Shown here one piece after another: positions 35,778 to 45,329 of a DNA stretch of 64,000 nt. Positions within the stretch are counted from its first letter, which is position 1, and every line of letters begins with the position of its first letter. The position numbers and the translations under genes are program-made. Below the pieces are notes generated by a model that worked only from the letters and a program-made list of their open reading frames with translations, did no database searches and was not told where the DNA came from. The stretch is taken from assembly GCA_038245295.1 (NCBI GenBank), contig JBBRSP010000006.1:64001-128000 (forward strand), read 5' to 3'. The stretch is from Candidatus Binatia bacterium (GTDB lineage Bacteria > Desulfobacterota > Binatia > HRBIN30).

Positions 35778-37955
35778 TCATGGCGCCAAAGGATCGATGA
35801 TCTTCGGCACCTCGCCACGTACCGCGCTGTCGAAAAAGACGATCCGCTGACGTAGCGACTCGGCCGCGCTCTGCGCGCAGTAGTGGCCCTCCGGCTCGTG
35901 TCGCGCCAAACAGCCCGGCGTCGGCGCGATGCCTTCGACACCGATCGGCACGTATTGATAGAAGGCCGCCGTGGTGTCGGCGTCGACGTTGCCGACGATC
36001 GGACCGTCCACCACCTGCAGTGCTGGGACGGGGCGCTGCACTGGCGCGACGTGCGGAAGCGGCAAGAAGGCGTAGGCTAACGCCTCGGACGCGTTGTTCG
36101 GCACCAACGAGTCGGTCAGACCCTCGACCTGCAGAATGCTCCCCTTCTTCGTCGAGCCCGCAATGCTGACCGGTTCGCGATACATATACCGCGCGTGGTT
36201 CGCGGCATCCTGTTTGTCGAACATGTGTTGGAACAACGACATACCCACCCAAAGGTCGGTTGCCGTCATGTTCGGGTACACCATGCCGAGAGTCATCAAG
36301 ATCGCCTGGGGCTGCTGGTGAATCAGCGTCTCCGCCAGACGTCCGCCGCCGACGATCACACCCGCGGCACGAATCTCCGGCGCGTACGGCAGGAACGCCG
36401 GCGCGTAGTTGGCCCCCTGGCTGATGCCGACGTAGGTCAGAGGTAACGTCGGATCCATATCCGGAATGCCGTCGGGGTGGCCGAGAGGCAGAACGTCGAC
36501 CGTGCCGAGACTCTTGATCAGCTGCAGAAACGCCAACTGCTCGGCATTGAGCTCTTCCCAGAAGTCGGGGACCTTGGCGCTTTGGATGAGCGGAAAGAAA
36601 ATCGCCGTCACCTGCGCCGTGATGGCTTCCACTTCGTTTGTCGCATTGGGACTCAACTCGCGATTGAGGATGTCGCGAAAGCCGATCACGGCATAGCCGG
36701 CCGCGCCTAGGTAGTTGCGCGCCGAGCTCGGCACCTCGCGCTTCGGGTCACCGGGATTGCCGTGTTGATACATGGTGATGGGCACATGCCCTGTGGTCGC
36801 CGCAGCTTTCGGCAACGCCAACCAGAAGTCGAGCTTGTTGGTCTTTGTCTGCCGCGGCTTGCCGTCGGCATCGCGCGCGATGAAATTGCCGGAGCGCCAA
36901 TCCGGAGCATCCCAGCTCCCCTTGATGATCGCGGCCACATCCGACGTATCACCGGGCATGATATTCCCCGGCAAGATCTCGAAATGCGGCGCCGGAGCGG
37001 CCAACACCTGATCCTTGATCGCCACCAGATCGGCCGGAATATCATCGGTCGTGCGGATCGTGAAACGCAATGCCAGAGCGATGTCGGCACGAGCGACTCC
37101 GGTCCCGGCGACGACATCGTCCACCAGGCTTCGGACCGGAGCCACCTCAGGCGCCTCCTCCGTTTGTGAAGGTGGCGCCAAAACCGTCTGCATGAACACC
37201 GACGGCTCGAAGTTGTAGCCACTCAGACTGCGCACCCGGCGCGTCACGACGAACCCATACCGGCCCCCCGGCTCGAGTTGGATCGATGGATAGATCAGCA
37301 TCGAGTGACTAAGGATGTTCATGACGCTGTGGTCGCTACGCAGATCGACGCGGAACGGGACACGCTGGCCCTGCGTCGGGCTGCCGGGGGTTAAGTCGTA
37401 GAGAGCGACGTTGGCATCAGCGGCTACCGATTCCACCGACGTCAACGGCACCGAAGCGGGGTCGGGCGCATCACTCAGTTCGACAACGAAGTGCGCGCTC
37501 GGACTGAAGCCATCGAGTTTGTTGGGCTCGCGCGTCAGCTGTTTGAAGATGCCTTGGACATCCGCGGTAGCGGCCGGAACGGGGACGTTCAGCCGAACAC
37601 CATTGGGCTTGGTCGTATCACCCACAAGCCAGAAATCGTCCGGAATCGGCGACGACAGCCGATGGTTGCGGCGGTCATAAATCACCGTCGGACTAACCGG
37701 GCAGCCCTCGAGTGCCGCGGCAACACCGCGCAACAGCTCCTCAACCGTTACTTCGCCATCGCCGTTGCGGTCGAGTGAGGCGCAGGATGCAACCGGCGCT
37801 TCGTTGAGAGCGATGTTCACACCGATCAGCAACTCGTCGACGGTCACCTGGCGATCGCCGCCGCAGTCACCGGGGCAAATGGGCTGCGCCGAGGCGATCG
37901 GTGAACCGAGAAACGAAGACCAAACCACGGCGAGAGTGAGCAGCAGCGTACGCAT
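35778..37955 (-). CDS. Secreted alpha/beta hydrolase (extracellular lipase-like) with N-terminal dockerin-like domain
   Basis: Signal peptide; CPGDCGGD domain; PIPDD...LDGFSP lipase N-terminal-domain pattern; HG oxyanion motif; GISQG nucleophile; candidate Asp (TDSLVP) and His (EGHY). Confidence 0.75.
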   Translation of the reverse strand: MRTLLLTLAVVWSSFLGSPIASAQPICPGDCGGDRQVTVDELLIGVNIALNEAPVASCASLDRNGDGEVTVEELLRGVAAALEGCPVSPTVIYDRRNHRLSSPIPDDFWLVGDTTKPNGVRLNVPVPAATADVQGIFKQLTREPNKLDGFSPSAHFVVELSDAPDPASVPLTSVESVAADANVALYDLTPGSPTQGQRVPFRVDLRSDHSVMNILSHSMLIYPSIQLEPGGRYGFVVTRRVRSLSGYNFEPSVFMQTVLAPPSQTEEAPEVAPVRSLVDDVVAGTGVARADIALALRFTIRTTDDIPADLVAIKDQVLAAPAPHFEILPGNIMPGDTSDVAAIIKGSWDAPDWRSGNFIARDADGKPRQTKTNKLDFWLALPKAAATTGHVPITMYQHGNPGDPKREVPSSARNYLGAAGYAVIGFRDILNRELSPNATNEVEAITAQVTAIFFPLIQSAKVPDFWEELNAEQLAFLQLIKSLGTVDVLPLGHPDGIPDMDPTLPLTYVGISQGANYAPAFLPYAPEIRAAGVIVGGGRLAETLIHQQPQAILMTLGMVYPNMTATDLWVGMSLFQHMFDKQDAANHARYMYREPVSIAGSTKKGSILQVEGLTDSLVPNNASEALAYAFLPLPHVAPVQRPVPALQVVDGPIVGNVDADTTAAFYQYVPIGVEGIAPTPGCLARHEPEGHYCAQSAAESLRQRIVFFDSAVRGEVPKIIDPLAP

Positions 37956-38014
37956 GTGGCGGCCATACCAGATCGAGTCGCACCGGCAAACAAAAACCGG
38001 TCGAAGCGCACCAA

Positions 38015-40591
38015 CTAGTCTTCGAGAGGTGGGTTCTGGCGCGTTGTCTGATCGCGCGGCAGCAAGACGATGAATCGCGATCCTTGACCGGGCTCGCTCT
38101 CAACGTCGACCCGACCCCCGAGAAGCTCCGAGAGTCGCCGCACGATGTACAGGCCGAGGCCAACACCACCGTGCCGGCGTGTCGCCGAACTATCGGCCTG
38201 GCGGAACGCTTCGAAGATCAGCTCGCGCAAGGCGGGAGCGATGCCAATCCCGGTGTCACTCACTGAGAATTCGACCCATCCGTCGCGTTGCCGCACCGCG
38301 ACACACACAGTACCCCTCTCGGTAAACTTCAGGGCGTTGCCGATGAGGTTCTTCAGAATCACCTTCACCTTGACCGGGTCGGTACGCATGCGACCCAGGT
38401 CCGGGGCGATATCCCAGTCAAATGACACCGCCGGCCGCTCACGCAGAATCGTCGTTTCGGCGTCGACCTCGCCGATGATGTCGCCAATGTTGGCGTCTCG
38501 AATATCCAACGGTACGCGTCCGGTATCGAGGCGACTGACGTTCAACGTCGCATTGATGAGCTCGAGCAATTCCTGGGCGCTCTTACCGACACGGCGCATG
38601 GCATCGTTTTGTTCCTTCGACAGATCGCCGAATTCGCCGTCCATGAGCAAGTCGTTGTACCCGATGATTACGTTGAGCGGACTACGCAGCTCGTGAGACA
38701 TCGTCGCAACGAAGTCAGATTTCAAACGACTGGCCCGCTCCAATTCCCCGACAAGACGTGCGTTTTCCAAAGCCATCGATCCCAGCTGAGCAATGCCGCG
38801 CAAGATTCGTCGCTGGCGCGTGCTGAACGACTGGCTTCCTGATCGACGACGAGCCACCTGGTAGCCGATCATCTCGTCGCCGCGATGCAACGCCACATAC
38901 AGGCTCGCCTTCACGGGTTGGCGACGACTGCGACAATCGATCGGCACCCCGAGCACCTCGACCAGTTCCTCGCGCCGCAACCCGTCGGTAACGGCTCCCA
39001 GCAGGCGCTCGGGAATACGCAGCAGTCGGGTCTCCTCCCAATCCTCGGCGGAATCGCCGAAGCCGGAGACTGGCACATACACCTGCTCATCGGCGCGCCA
39101 CAGCACCGTTTGGCTGGCATCACACTCGAGAACATTCGTCGTCAGCTGGCACAATCGTTCCAATACAACCGGAGTGTTGAGCTCGACATTCAATTCACGG
39201 CCAACACGCGCCAAGGCCGCGGCGATTTGTGCTTCTTCGCGTTGGGCGCGATACAGTTCAGCTGTCTCAAGCGCCAGCCCGGCATGGCGGCCGATGTTCT
39301 CGAGCAGCGTCACTTGTTCAGCCGAGAAGCGATCCCCGGGGGTCGTTTTCATCGCCGCAAAGGCGCCGAGGACGCGCCCGCGTACGGCTAACGGAACGGC
39401 GAGCAAACACTCTACACCAACGGTCCGCAGAATCTCCGTCGGCATCCACGACTCCGCTGAGTCGAGACCGAGTACAACCGTCTGGCCCGACATCAGGGCG
39501 CGGCTGATCGGTAAGTCGAGCGGGTACTCCATCTGTTCGAGATACGCCGTATGTTCGTCGGGAACGCCGAAGCGAGAGATGTCTCGCAAGACGTTGTGCT
39601 GTTGATCCCAGTAGAACGTAGCGACGCGGTCACACGGCAAGAGAGCCGCGGTGCGGCGTTGCAGGCGATTGAGCAACTCGTCGAACTCCGGCGTACTGCT
39701 GAGATCCTTGGCTAGCTCGAGCAACTCCGAGAGAGTTTTCTCGACCTGCTTTTGATGGCGGATATCGCGCGCGATCGTTGCGTAGAAGTCGACCTTGTCC
39801 TGCGTGTCGCGATGCGCCACCACGACTTGCGACACCGGCACCACCTGCCCTTCCGGCGTGCGGATATCGGCTTCACCAACCCACGATCCTTCATTGATCG
39901 CTGTACGCAAGGCGCCGCGCGCCAGAATCTGCTGTGTCGCTTCGGTCTGAAACTCCTGGGCGAAGCGACCGATTGGGTTCTCCGCACCCATGATTTTACG
40001 GCCGGCTCGATTGACGTATAGGATGCGACCGCTGGCGTCGGTGACACCGACGAAGTCCGACGTCGCATCGAGCACTGCCGAGAGTCGCACCTGCGCTTCC
40101 TCGGCCTGGCGCCGATTGCTGACGTCGACCAGCGCCCCACGTAGCTGCACCGGTTGACCATTTTCATCACGCACGAGCCGCGCCACGCCGTAAACCCACA
40201 CGGTGCGGCCGCTGGCATCGATGACCCTATATTCCCCAGACACCGGAAGATCGGCATCGGCAAGCCTAGAGTACCAGCGGAGAGTCAACTCCCGGTCTTT
40301 GGTGTGGATGCGATTGAGCAGAAACGCCGGCTCGTCGAGCCAACGCTGGAGAGGGTAGCCAAGAAGCGATTCGGCCCTCTGGCTTACAAAGGTAAAGCGG
40401 TTGTTGCGCGGATCGGCTTCCCAGACGACCACATCGAGGTCCTGGATTAGATCGTGATATCGAGTGGCAGACGCCTCAGCCAGCGCCAGACGTCGCTCGA
40501 CCTCGACTATGCGCGCCTCGAGATCGGCAACGCTCCATGCGGGCATTTGTACGGGTTCATTCACAATGCGAACTCGCCGACCACGCGACAA
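38015..40591 (-). CDS. Cytoplasmic PAS-PAS-GAF-GAF sensor histidine kinase
   Basis: Two PAS/PAC domains, two GAF domains, MSHELRSPL H-box, NLIGNALKFT, DTGIGI, GVGLGL. No TM and no receiver domain. Confidence 0.93.
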   Translation of the reverse strand: MSRGRRVRIVNEPVQMPAWSVADLEARIVEVERRLALAEASATRYHDLIQDLDVVVWEADPRNNRFTFVSQRAESLLGYPLQRWLDEPAFLLNRIHTKDRELTLRWYSRLADADLPVSGEYRVIDASGRTVWVYGVARLVRDENGQPVQLRGALVDVSNRRQAEEAQVRLSAVLDATSDFVGVTDASGRILYVNRAGRKIMGAENPIGRFAQEFQTEATQQILARGALRTAINEGSWVGEADIRTPEGQVVPVSQVVVAHRDTQDKVDFYATIARDIRHQKQVEKTLSELLELAKDLSSTPEFDELLNRLQRRTAALLPCDRVATFYWDQQHNVLRDISRFGVPDEHTAYLEQMEYPLDLPISRALMSGQTVVLGLDSAESWMPTEILRTVGVECLLAVPLAVRGRVLGAFAAMKTTPGDRFSAEQVTLLENIGRHAGLALETAELYRAQREEAQIAAALARVGRELNVELNTPVVLERLCQLTTNVLECDASQTVLWRADEQVYVPVSGFGDSAEDWEETRLLRIPERLLGAVTDGLRREELVEVLGVPIDCRSRRQPVKASLYVALHRGDEMIGYQVARRRSGSQSFSTRQRRILRGIAQLGSMALENARLVGELERASRLKSDFVATMSHELRSPLNVIIGYNDLLMDGEFGDLSKEQNDAMRRVGKSAQELLELINATLNVSRLDTGRVPLDIRDANIGDIIGEVDAETTILRERPAVSFDWDIAPDLGRMRTDPVKVKVILKNLIGNALKFTERGTVCVAVRQRDGWVEFSVSDTGIGIAPALRELIFEAFRQADSSATRRHGGVGLGLYIVRRLSELLGGRVDVESEPGQGSRFIVLLPRDQTTRQNPPLED

Positions 40592-40662
40592 TGCGTCGCA
40601 TTAGTGCGAAAGCCGCCGTCGCGTCAACCGACATTGTACGCCAGCCCTCCGAGACTCGGCAG

Positions 40663-42975
40663 CTAGCGACAATCTGGTCCGGACGTGCAGCGACAGCTCG
40701 CCCCCGCACAGTCCAAAATATTGACCCGTCCCTCCGGCGTCTGCCACTCCGTACCGGCGCCGCTCGTGTGCCCCAGGGTCAGAAGGAACGAGACCTTGAC
40801 CTCCTCCGAATCGCGGCGATCAAGGATCGTCAGTGATTCGCAGCGTGCTTTTGTCGATGTCCGGCCGGCCTCGCGGTTGAGCTCTTCGCAGCGGACCCCC
40901 ATCCAGGCTTGCACCATGCGTCCGAGATCGGCGCCACCTGCCGAGGCTGGCACCTTGGCGGGTGCGGGGGCCGGGGCGGCCGGCGCGGCCGGCGCCAATC
41001 GTGGCGGATTCAGAATGGGAGTTGGGACGAAGCGCGTCGGCGTGGCTTCGACTACGACTCGCGTCGGCGTCGCCTCCACGTGTTTGCTGGCCAGCCGCCC
41101 CGCTTCGTCGAAGGATCGTTTGGCCTTCTCGTAATTGGCGCGTCGCGGCTTGAAATCCACCGGCTCCTCACCGCCTTGCTCGGCCTCGATCCAGGCTGCC
41201 TCGCCGGCTGAATACGGCGCCGCGGCCAACCGCGAAGCATCGTGTTTGTTCGCCGCCGCACGTGCCGTGGCTGCCGCGGCGCGCGCGGCACGCAACTCTT
41301 CGCGTACCGGCTCGCCGACACTGCGAAGGATCTTGGTTGCCTCGTCAGCAAGCGCCGCCGCGTGTTTCGTGTCGATCGCGATTTCGTTTTTCGCCGCTCC
41401 CAGAACCTCCACCCCGTGGTCGTAGGTGCTTCGGCCAAAACTTGATTGGGCTTGCCATGCTTGCGCGATTCGTTGCGCCTGCTCGGCACGCGTCACAGCC
41501 TCGGTCGCCGCCTTGCGGGCAGCGTCGCTTGAGGCGGCGCTCGTTAACAGCGAGGTGATACGGCCACGCAGCGAGTCGGCTTCTACTTGCAGTTGTCGCA
41601 ATTGGCCGGGATTAACATCGGCGCCCGTGAGGCGCGACTCCATATCCTGACGTTCACTGCGCACCTGCTCGATGTCGTGGCCGCTCACCGTGGCAGGAAC
41701 CTTGGCCAACTCGGTATCGACGATCTGTCGGATCTGATCCGACCAGCGCTGGCGCTTGGTCCACGTCGCGGTTCGAAAGCCTTCCTCGGCCTGCCCGATC
41801 AAGCGAACTGCGTCGGCGAATCGGCTGGCCGCATAGTCCTTCTCGGCCTGAACGCGCGCCTCCGCGGCGCTGCGAAAACCTTCATCTTCCTTGGCTTCGA
41901 AGTCGGCCGCCTTTTGCGCGAGATCCGCCACATTGCTGACGCGCGCTTGCCACGCCGCTTCGCGTGACGCTTGATACAAACGCGTCCGTGCTGCGTAGTC
42001 ATCGTCGTCGTTGAAATTCTCCGCCTGCCCCCACAAACCGACGGCGAGTTTTGATGCCTGCAAGATCTCGGCATCCTTACGCGCCGCGCCCATGCGGATT
42101 TCGTCCTGTGGGCCGTTGGTACCGAACCACAGGAAGAGCCCGACGGTTGCGGCAAACAACGTCGTCAGGACAAGCAACATGCCCCAGCCCCGACGCACCG
42201 CGGTCGGCGCGGCCGCAGATGTCGCCTCGCTGACGGTACTGCGCCGGAACGCATCAACAACATCGGACCAACGCCGAAACCGAGCTTCCGGGTCAACCTC
42301 CAAGAGGCGTTCGATCACCGCCACGAGGCTGGCGGGCACCTCGGCACTCGACAGGCGAAGTGCGTCGCTCAAGCGCCCACCCGAGCGCGGCAGCGAGCCG
42401 GTCAACGCTTCATACAACACAACGCCGAGGGAGAATTGATCGATGCGTTCATCAATATCGCCGCCCCGTAGCGCCACTTCGGGAGCTGTGTACGGAGAAT
42501 CGAGCGGAAAGCGACCGACGGCGAGGAAATCGGTCACCTTGTACTTCAGGCCGTCGCGGGTGCGCAGAATATTTTCGGGGCGAAGATCGCCGTGAAAACG
42601 GATCCCGGCGCCATCAATGCCGGCAAACGCGGTGGCGACCTGTACTCCAAGGTCGGCAACGTCCTGCCAATCGAGGCGCCGCTGCTCGTCGAGCAGCGTG
42701 CTCAGATTGGCGCCGTCCAGCCATTCGGTGACGCTGTAGCTACCGGCGACGGGGTCGACGCCGCTGTCCAGAAATCGCGCCACACCGGGACGATCACCGA
42801 GGCGTGCTGTGGGATCAACGTCGGAAGAGTTCTCTTTGCTGAGGATACGGACGGCAACGAAAGCCTGCGTAACACGATCGCGGGCCTTGTAGAGTGCACC
42901 GCGCGAGCCCGATCGGACCGGCGGGCCCTCAAGGTCGTAGCGACTACCGATCACCGAAAATTCAGACGCGGACAT
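40663..42975 (-). CDS. Membrane-anchored Ser/Thr kinase-like protein (possible pseudokinase) with long helical extracytoplasmic region
   Basis: HGDLRPENIL, YTAPE, DQFSLGVVLYEALTG, PEARF; single TM; Ala-rich helical repeats; Pro linker; Cys-rich C-terminus. Confidence 0.85.
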   Translation of the reverse strand: MSASEFSVIGSRYDLEGPPVRSGSRGALYKARDRVTQAFVAVRILSKENSSDVDPTARLGDRPGVARFLDSGVDPVAGSYSVTEWLDGANLSTLLDEQRRLDWQDVADLGVQVATAFAGIDGAGIRFHGDLRPENILRTRDGLKYKVTDFLAVGRFPLDSPYTAPEVALRGGDIDERIDQFSLGVVLYEALTGSLPRSGGRLSDALRLSSAEVPASLVAVIERLLEVDPEARFRRWSDVVDAFRRSTVSEATSAAAPTAVRRGWGMLLVLTTLFAATVGLFLWFGTNGPQDEIRMGAARKDAEILQASKLAVGLWGQAENFNDDDDYAARTRLYQASREAAWQARVSNVADLAQKAADFEAKEDEGFRSAAEARVQAEKDYAASRFADAVRLIGQAEEGFRTATWTKRQRWSDQIRQIVDTELAKVPATVSGHDIEQVRSERQDMESRLTGADVNPGQLRQLQVEADSLRGRITSLLTSAASSDAARKAATEAVTRAEQAQRIAQAWQAQSSFGRSTYDHGVEVLGAAKNEIAIDTKHAAALADEATKILRSVGEPVREELRAARAAAATARAAANKHDASRLAAAPYSAGEAAWIEAEQGGEEPVDFKPRRANYEKAKRSFDEAGRLASKHVEATPTRVVVEATPTRFVPTPILNPPRLAPAAPAAPAPAPAKVPASAGGADLGRMVQAWMGVRCEELNREAGRTSTKARCESLTILDRRDSEEVKVSFLLTLGHTSGAGTEWQTPEGRVNILDCAGASCRCTSGPDCR

Positions 42976-43161
42976 AGCGGCACATCTGGCCGACCCGCCA
43001 ACACTGCGTGCGGGTCGTCACCATCCTCCCCTTCTCTTTGTCGTCGCAACCGCCAGGAACCACAACCGCGAAAACGCGGCAGTCTGTATCACACCGCCCA
43101 GCGGGCGAACCACTGGGAATACCGCGAAGTCGATAAAAGGCACCGCTTCGAGGCGCGGTAC

Positions 43162-43956
43162 CTACCGACCTTTGAACTGCGGGGTGCGGCGCTCCATGAA
43201 CGCCAGCATCCCTTCTTTGGTATCTTCGGATTGCGAGACGATTGTTTGCGCCATCGCTTCCTGCTCAAGGCAAACTTCCATGTCCGACTCGAGAGATCGG
43301 TTGAGCAGGCGCTTCGACAAACCAATCGCCACCGTCGGTCCCTGCGCCAGTCGCTCAGCCCACTGACGCGCCGTCGCCGCCAATTGATCGGCTGGCACGA
43401 CCTTGGAAACGAGTCCGACACGGGCCGCGTCTTCGGCGCTCAAATCGTCGCCGAAGTAGATTAGCTCCTTGGCCTTCTGCAATCCGACCAAGCGCGGCAG
43501 CAGGTAAGCACCGGCAGCATCGACGGCGATACCACGTCGCACGAAAACCTCGATGAACTTCGCTTCACTCGCGGCGATTACGAAGTCGCTGGCAAACGCC
43601 AGGTGCGAGCCAAGCCCTGCCGCCACGCCGTTGACCGCTGCAACAACCGGCTTCTCTAGATCCCATAAGGCGCGGATCAGCCGCTGCGAGCTACTCTTCA
43701 TGACCAAACGGGTCGCCCCTGGGCCACTCGGCCCCTGGCCGCGCGGCCCGGAAAGATCCGCCCCGGTGCAGAACCCCTTGCCACTACCGGTGAGAACCAG
43801 GGCACGCACCGCCGGATTGGTCTGCGCATCGGTAAGCACGGCGATGAGGTCTTCGCGCATCTCGGCGTTGACGGCATTACGTTGCTCGGGACGGTTCATC
43901 GTCACCCAGGCAACGTCGTTCTCGATCGTCACGGTAATCGCTTTGAAATCAGCCAT
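43162..43956 (-). CDS. Enoyl-CoA hydratase/isomerase (crotonase), PaaG-like
   Basis: FCTGADL, KPVVAAVNGVAAG, GIAVDAAG with Asp at the PaaG position; both hydratase glutamates absent. Confidence 0.88.
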   Translation of the reverse strand: MADFKAITVTIENDVAWVTMNRPEQRNAVNAEMREDLIAVLTDAQTNPAVRALVLTGSGKGFCTGADLSGPRGQGPSGPGATRLVMKSSSQRLIRALWDLEKPVVAAVNGVAAGLGSHLAFASDFVIAASEAKFIEVFVRRGIAVDAAGAYLLPRLVGLQKAKELIYFGDDLSAEDAARVGLVSKVVPADQLAATARQWAERLAQGPTVAIGLSKRLLNRSLESDMEVCLEQEAMAQTIVSQSEDTKEGMLAFMERRTPQFKGR

Positions 43957-43995
43957 GGTCTCCTCAGGTATCGTATCGATTCGGCAAGTCGGCGG

Positions 43996-45318
43996 TCATT
44001 TACCGAATCGCTGCAGTGCGCCGGAATCAAAGAAGCTGGGGGCGTAGCTGATGCGGCGATCATTGGCGACATCCTTGCCCTTGGGCAACAACCCGCCGAG
44101 TGTGGCGCGGTTGAGCTTGAGGTTCTCGGCGCATTGGTAGGAGAACGTCGATCCCCAGAGGGATTCGACCTTGCCGTCGGCACGCGTCACCGGCATGCGC
44201 TGATAGGCGAGCACCTGCAGCGTGTTCACCAATTCACCCTGCCAGTTGTACTTCCGATTCCAGGCGCCCTGATACGTTTCCTTGTCGATGTAGAGTTCGA
44301 CCTTGCCGTATAGGTAGTAGCGGTCCTTCGGGACGCCCTCGATGATCCACACCGGACGTTTGGCGAGGCCGGCGGGCACGGGCGCCCAGGCGATGCCCTT
44401 CCATGTTGGATCCTGATAACCGGCCACCGGCATTTCGGGCCACACGGAACGCCAACCCCCGCCGGGCAGGAGTTGTTGATGCGCCTTGTCCTCGAAGCTG
44501 CCCGGATCGACGAGCCGCAAGACTTCCGTCTCGCCCGTCAGCTTCCAGGTGAAGTCCTCCGGCTTGCCATCAAAAAATGGCCCGTCGTCTTGGCTCATGT
44601 CGGAGCCCAAGAACCCGTCGGAGCGATTCGCCGGGCTCACCGCGCGGACACGCCGTAGAGCGGGAACGTAGGCCCAGTTGGCATCACGCTTATTGGAATC
44701 GCGAAAACGCCAGGTCAGTGAGGCGGTGCCATGCAAGTCGGCCGGATACGTCGAAACGGAAATAAACTGCCCGGAGAAGTTGTTTGGATTCGGCAGCCGG
44801 TAGCCCTCGGCCTGACCGTCGTAATAGAGGAACTGCACATCTTGAATCGATTCGCGGTCGACGTGCTCCGGGCTCACCCAACTCAGCAGAACCACGTTGT
44901 GGCTATTGCCCTCATGCCAGTAGCCGTACTGGAAGTTCCACAAGACCTGGACCCCGGCGGTCGGATCCTTCGGATCGATCTTGTCGAACGGGAAGGCGTA
45001 GATGAACGGCGGCTGTTTGCCGGTCGTCTTTTCGACAACCGTGCCCTCGGGGCTGATGACATACTTCCCCGCATTCGCTGCCACGCCGGCTTTGAACTCC
45101 GGCTCGAAGCGGTAGATGCCCGCCGGCCAGTCGATGATCTTGTTACGGTACTGACCGTCTTTATAGTGCCGCAGGATCTCGGGCGGGAGCAGATCCTTGG
45201 CCAGTTGCCAGTTGTCCTGCCCCAGGACATCACCGGGCTTCAACTCCTGAGCCTGAGCCCGGCCGCCAAGGCCAGCAGCAACAACCGTCAACACGAGCGC
45301 CTTTATGATGCGCCTCAT
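43996..45318 (-). CDS. DUF1329-family periplasmic protein (LolA-like fold predicted)
   Basis: Signal peptide; PF.IDPKDP.AG...WN, PADLHG, WAYVPALRRVR, GSDMSQDD motifs. Confidence 0.85.
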   Translation of the reverse strand: MRRIIKALVLTVVAAGLGGRAQAQELKPGDVLGQDNWQLAKDLLPPEILRHYKDGQYRNKIIDWPAGIYRFEPEFKAGVAANAGKYVISPEGTVVEKTTGKQPPFIYAFPFDKIDPKDPTAGVQVLWNFQYGYWHEGNSHNVVLLSWVSPEHVDRESIQDVQFLYYDGQAEGYRLPNPNNFSGQFISVSTYPADLHGTASLTWRFRDSNKRDANWAYVPALRRVRAVSPANRSDGFLGSDMSQDDGPFFDGKPEDFTWKLTGETEVLRLVDPGSFEDKAHQQLLPGGGWRSVWPEMPVAGYQDPTWKGIAWAPVPAGLAKRPVWIIEGVPKDRYYLYGKVELYIDKETYQGAWNRKYNWQGELVNTLQVLAYQRMPVTRADGKVESLWGSTFSYQCAENLKLNRATLGGLLPKGKDVANDRRISYAPSFFDSGALQRFGK

Positions 45319-45329
45319 ACGAGCCTCCC

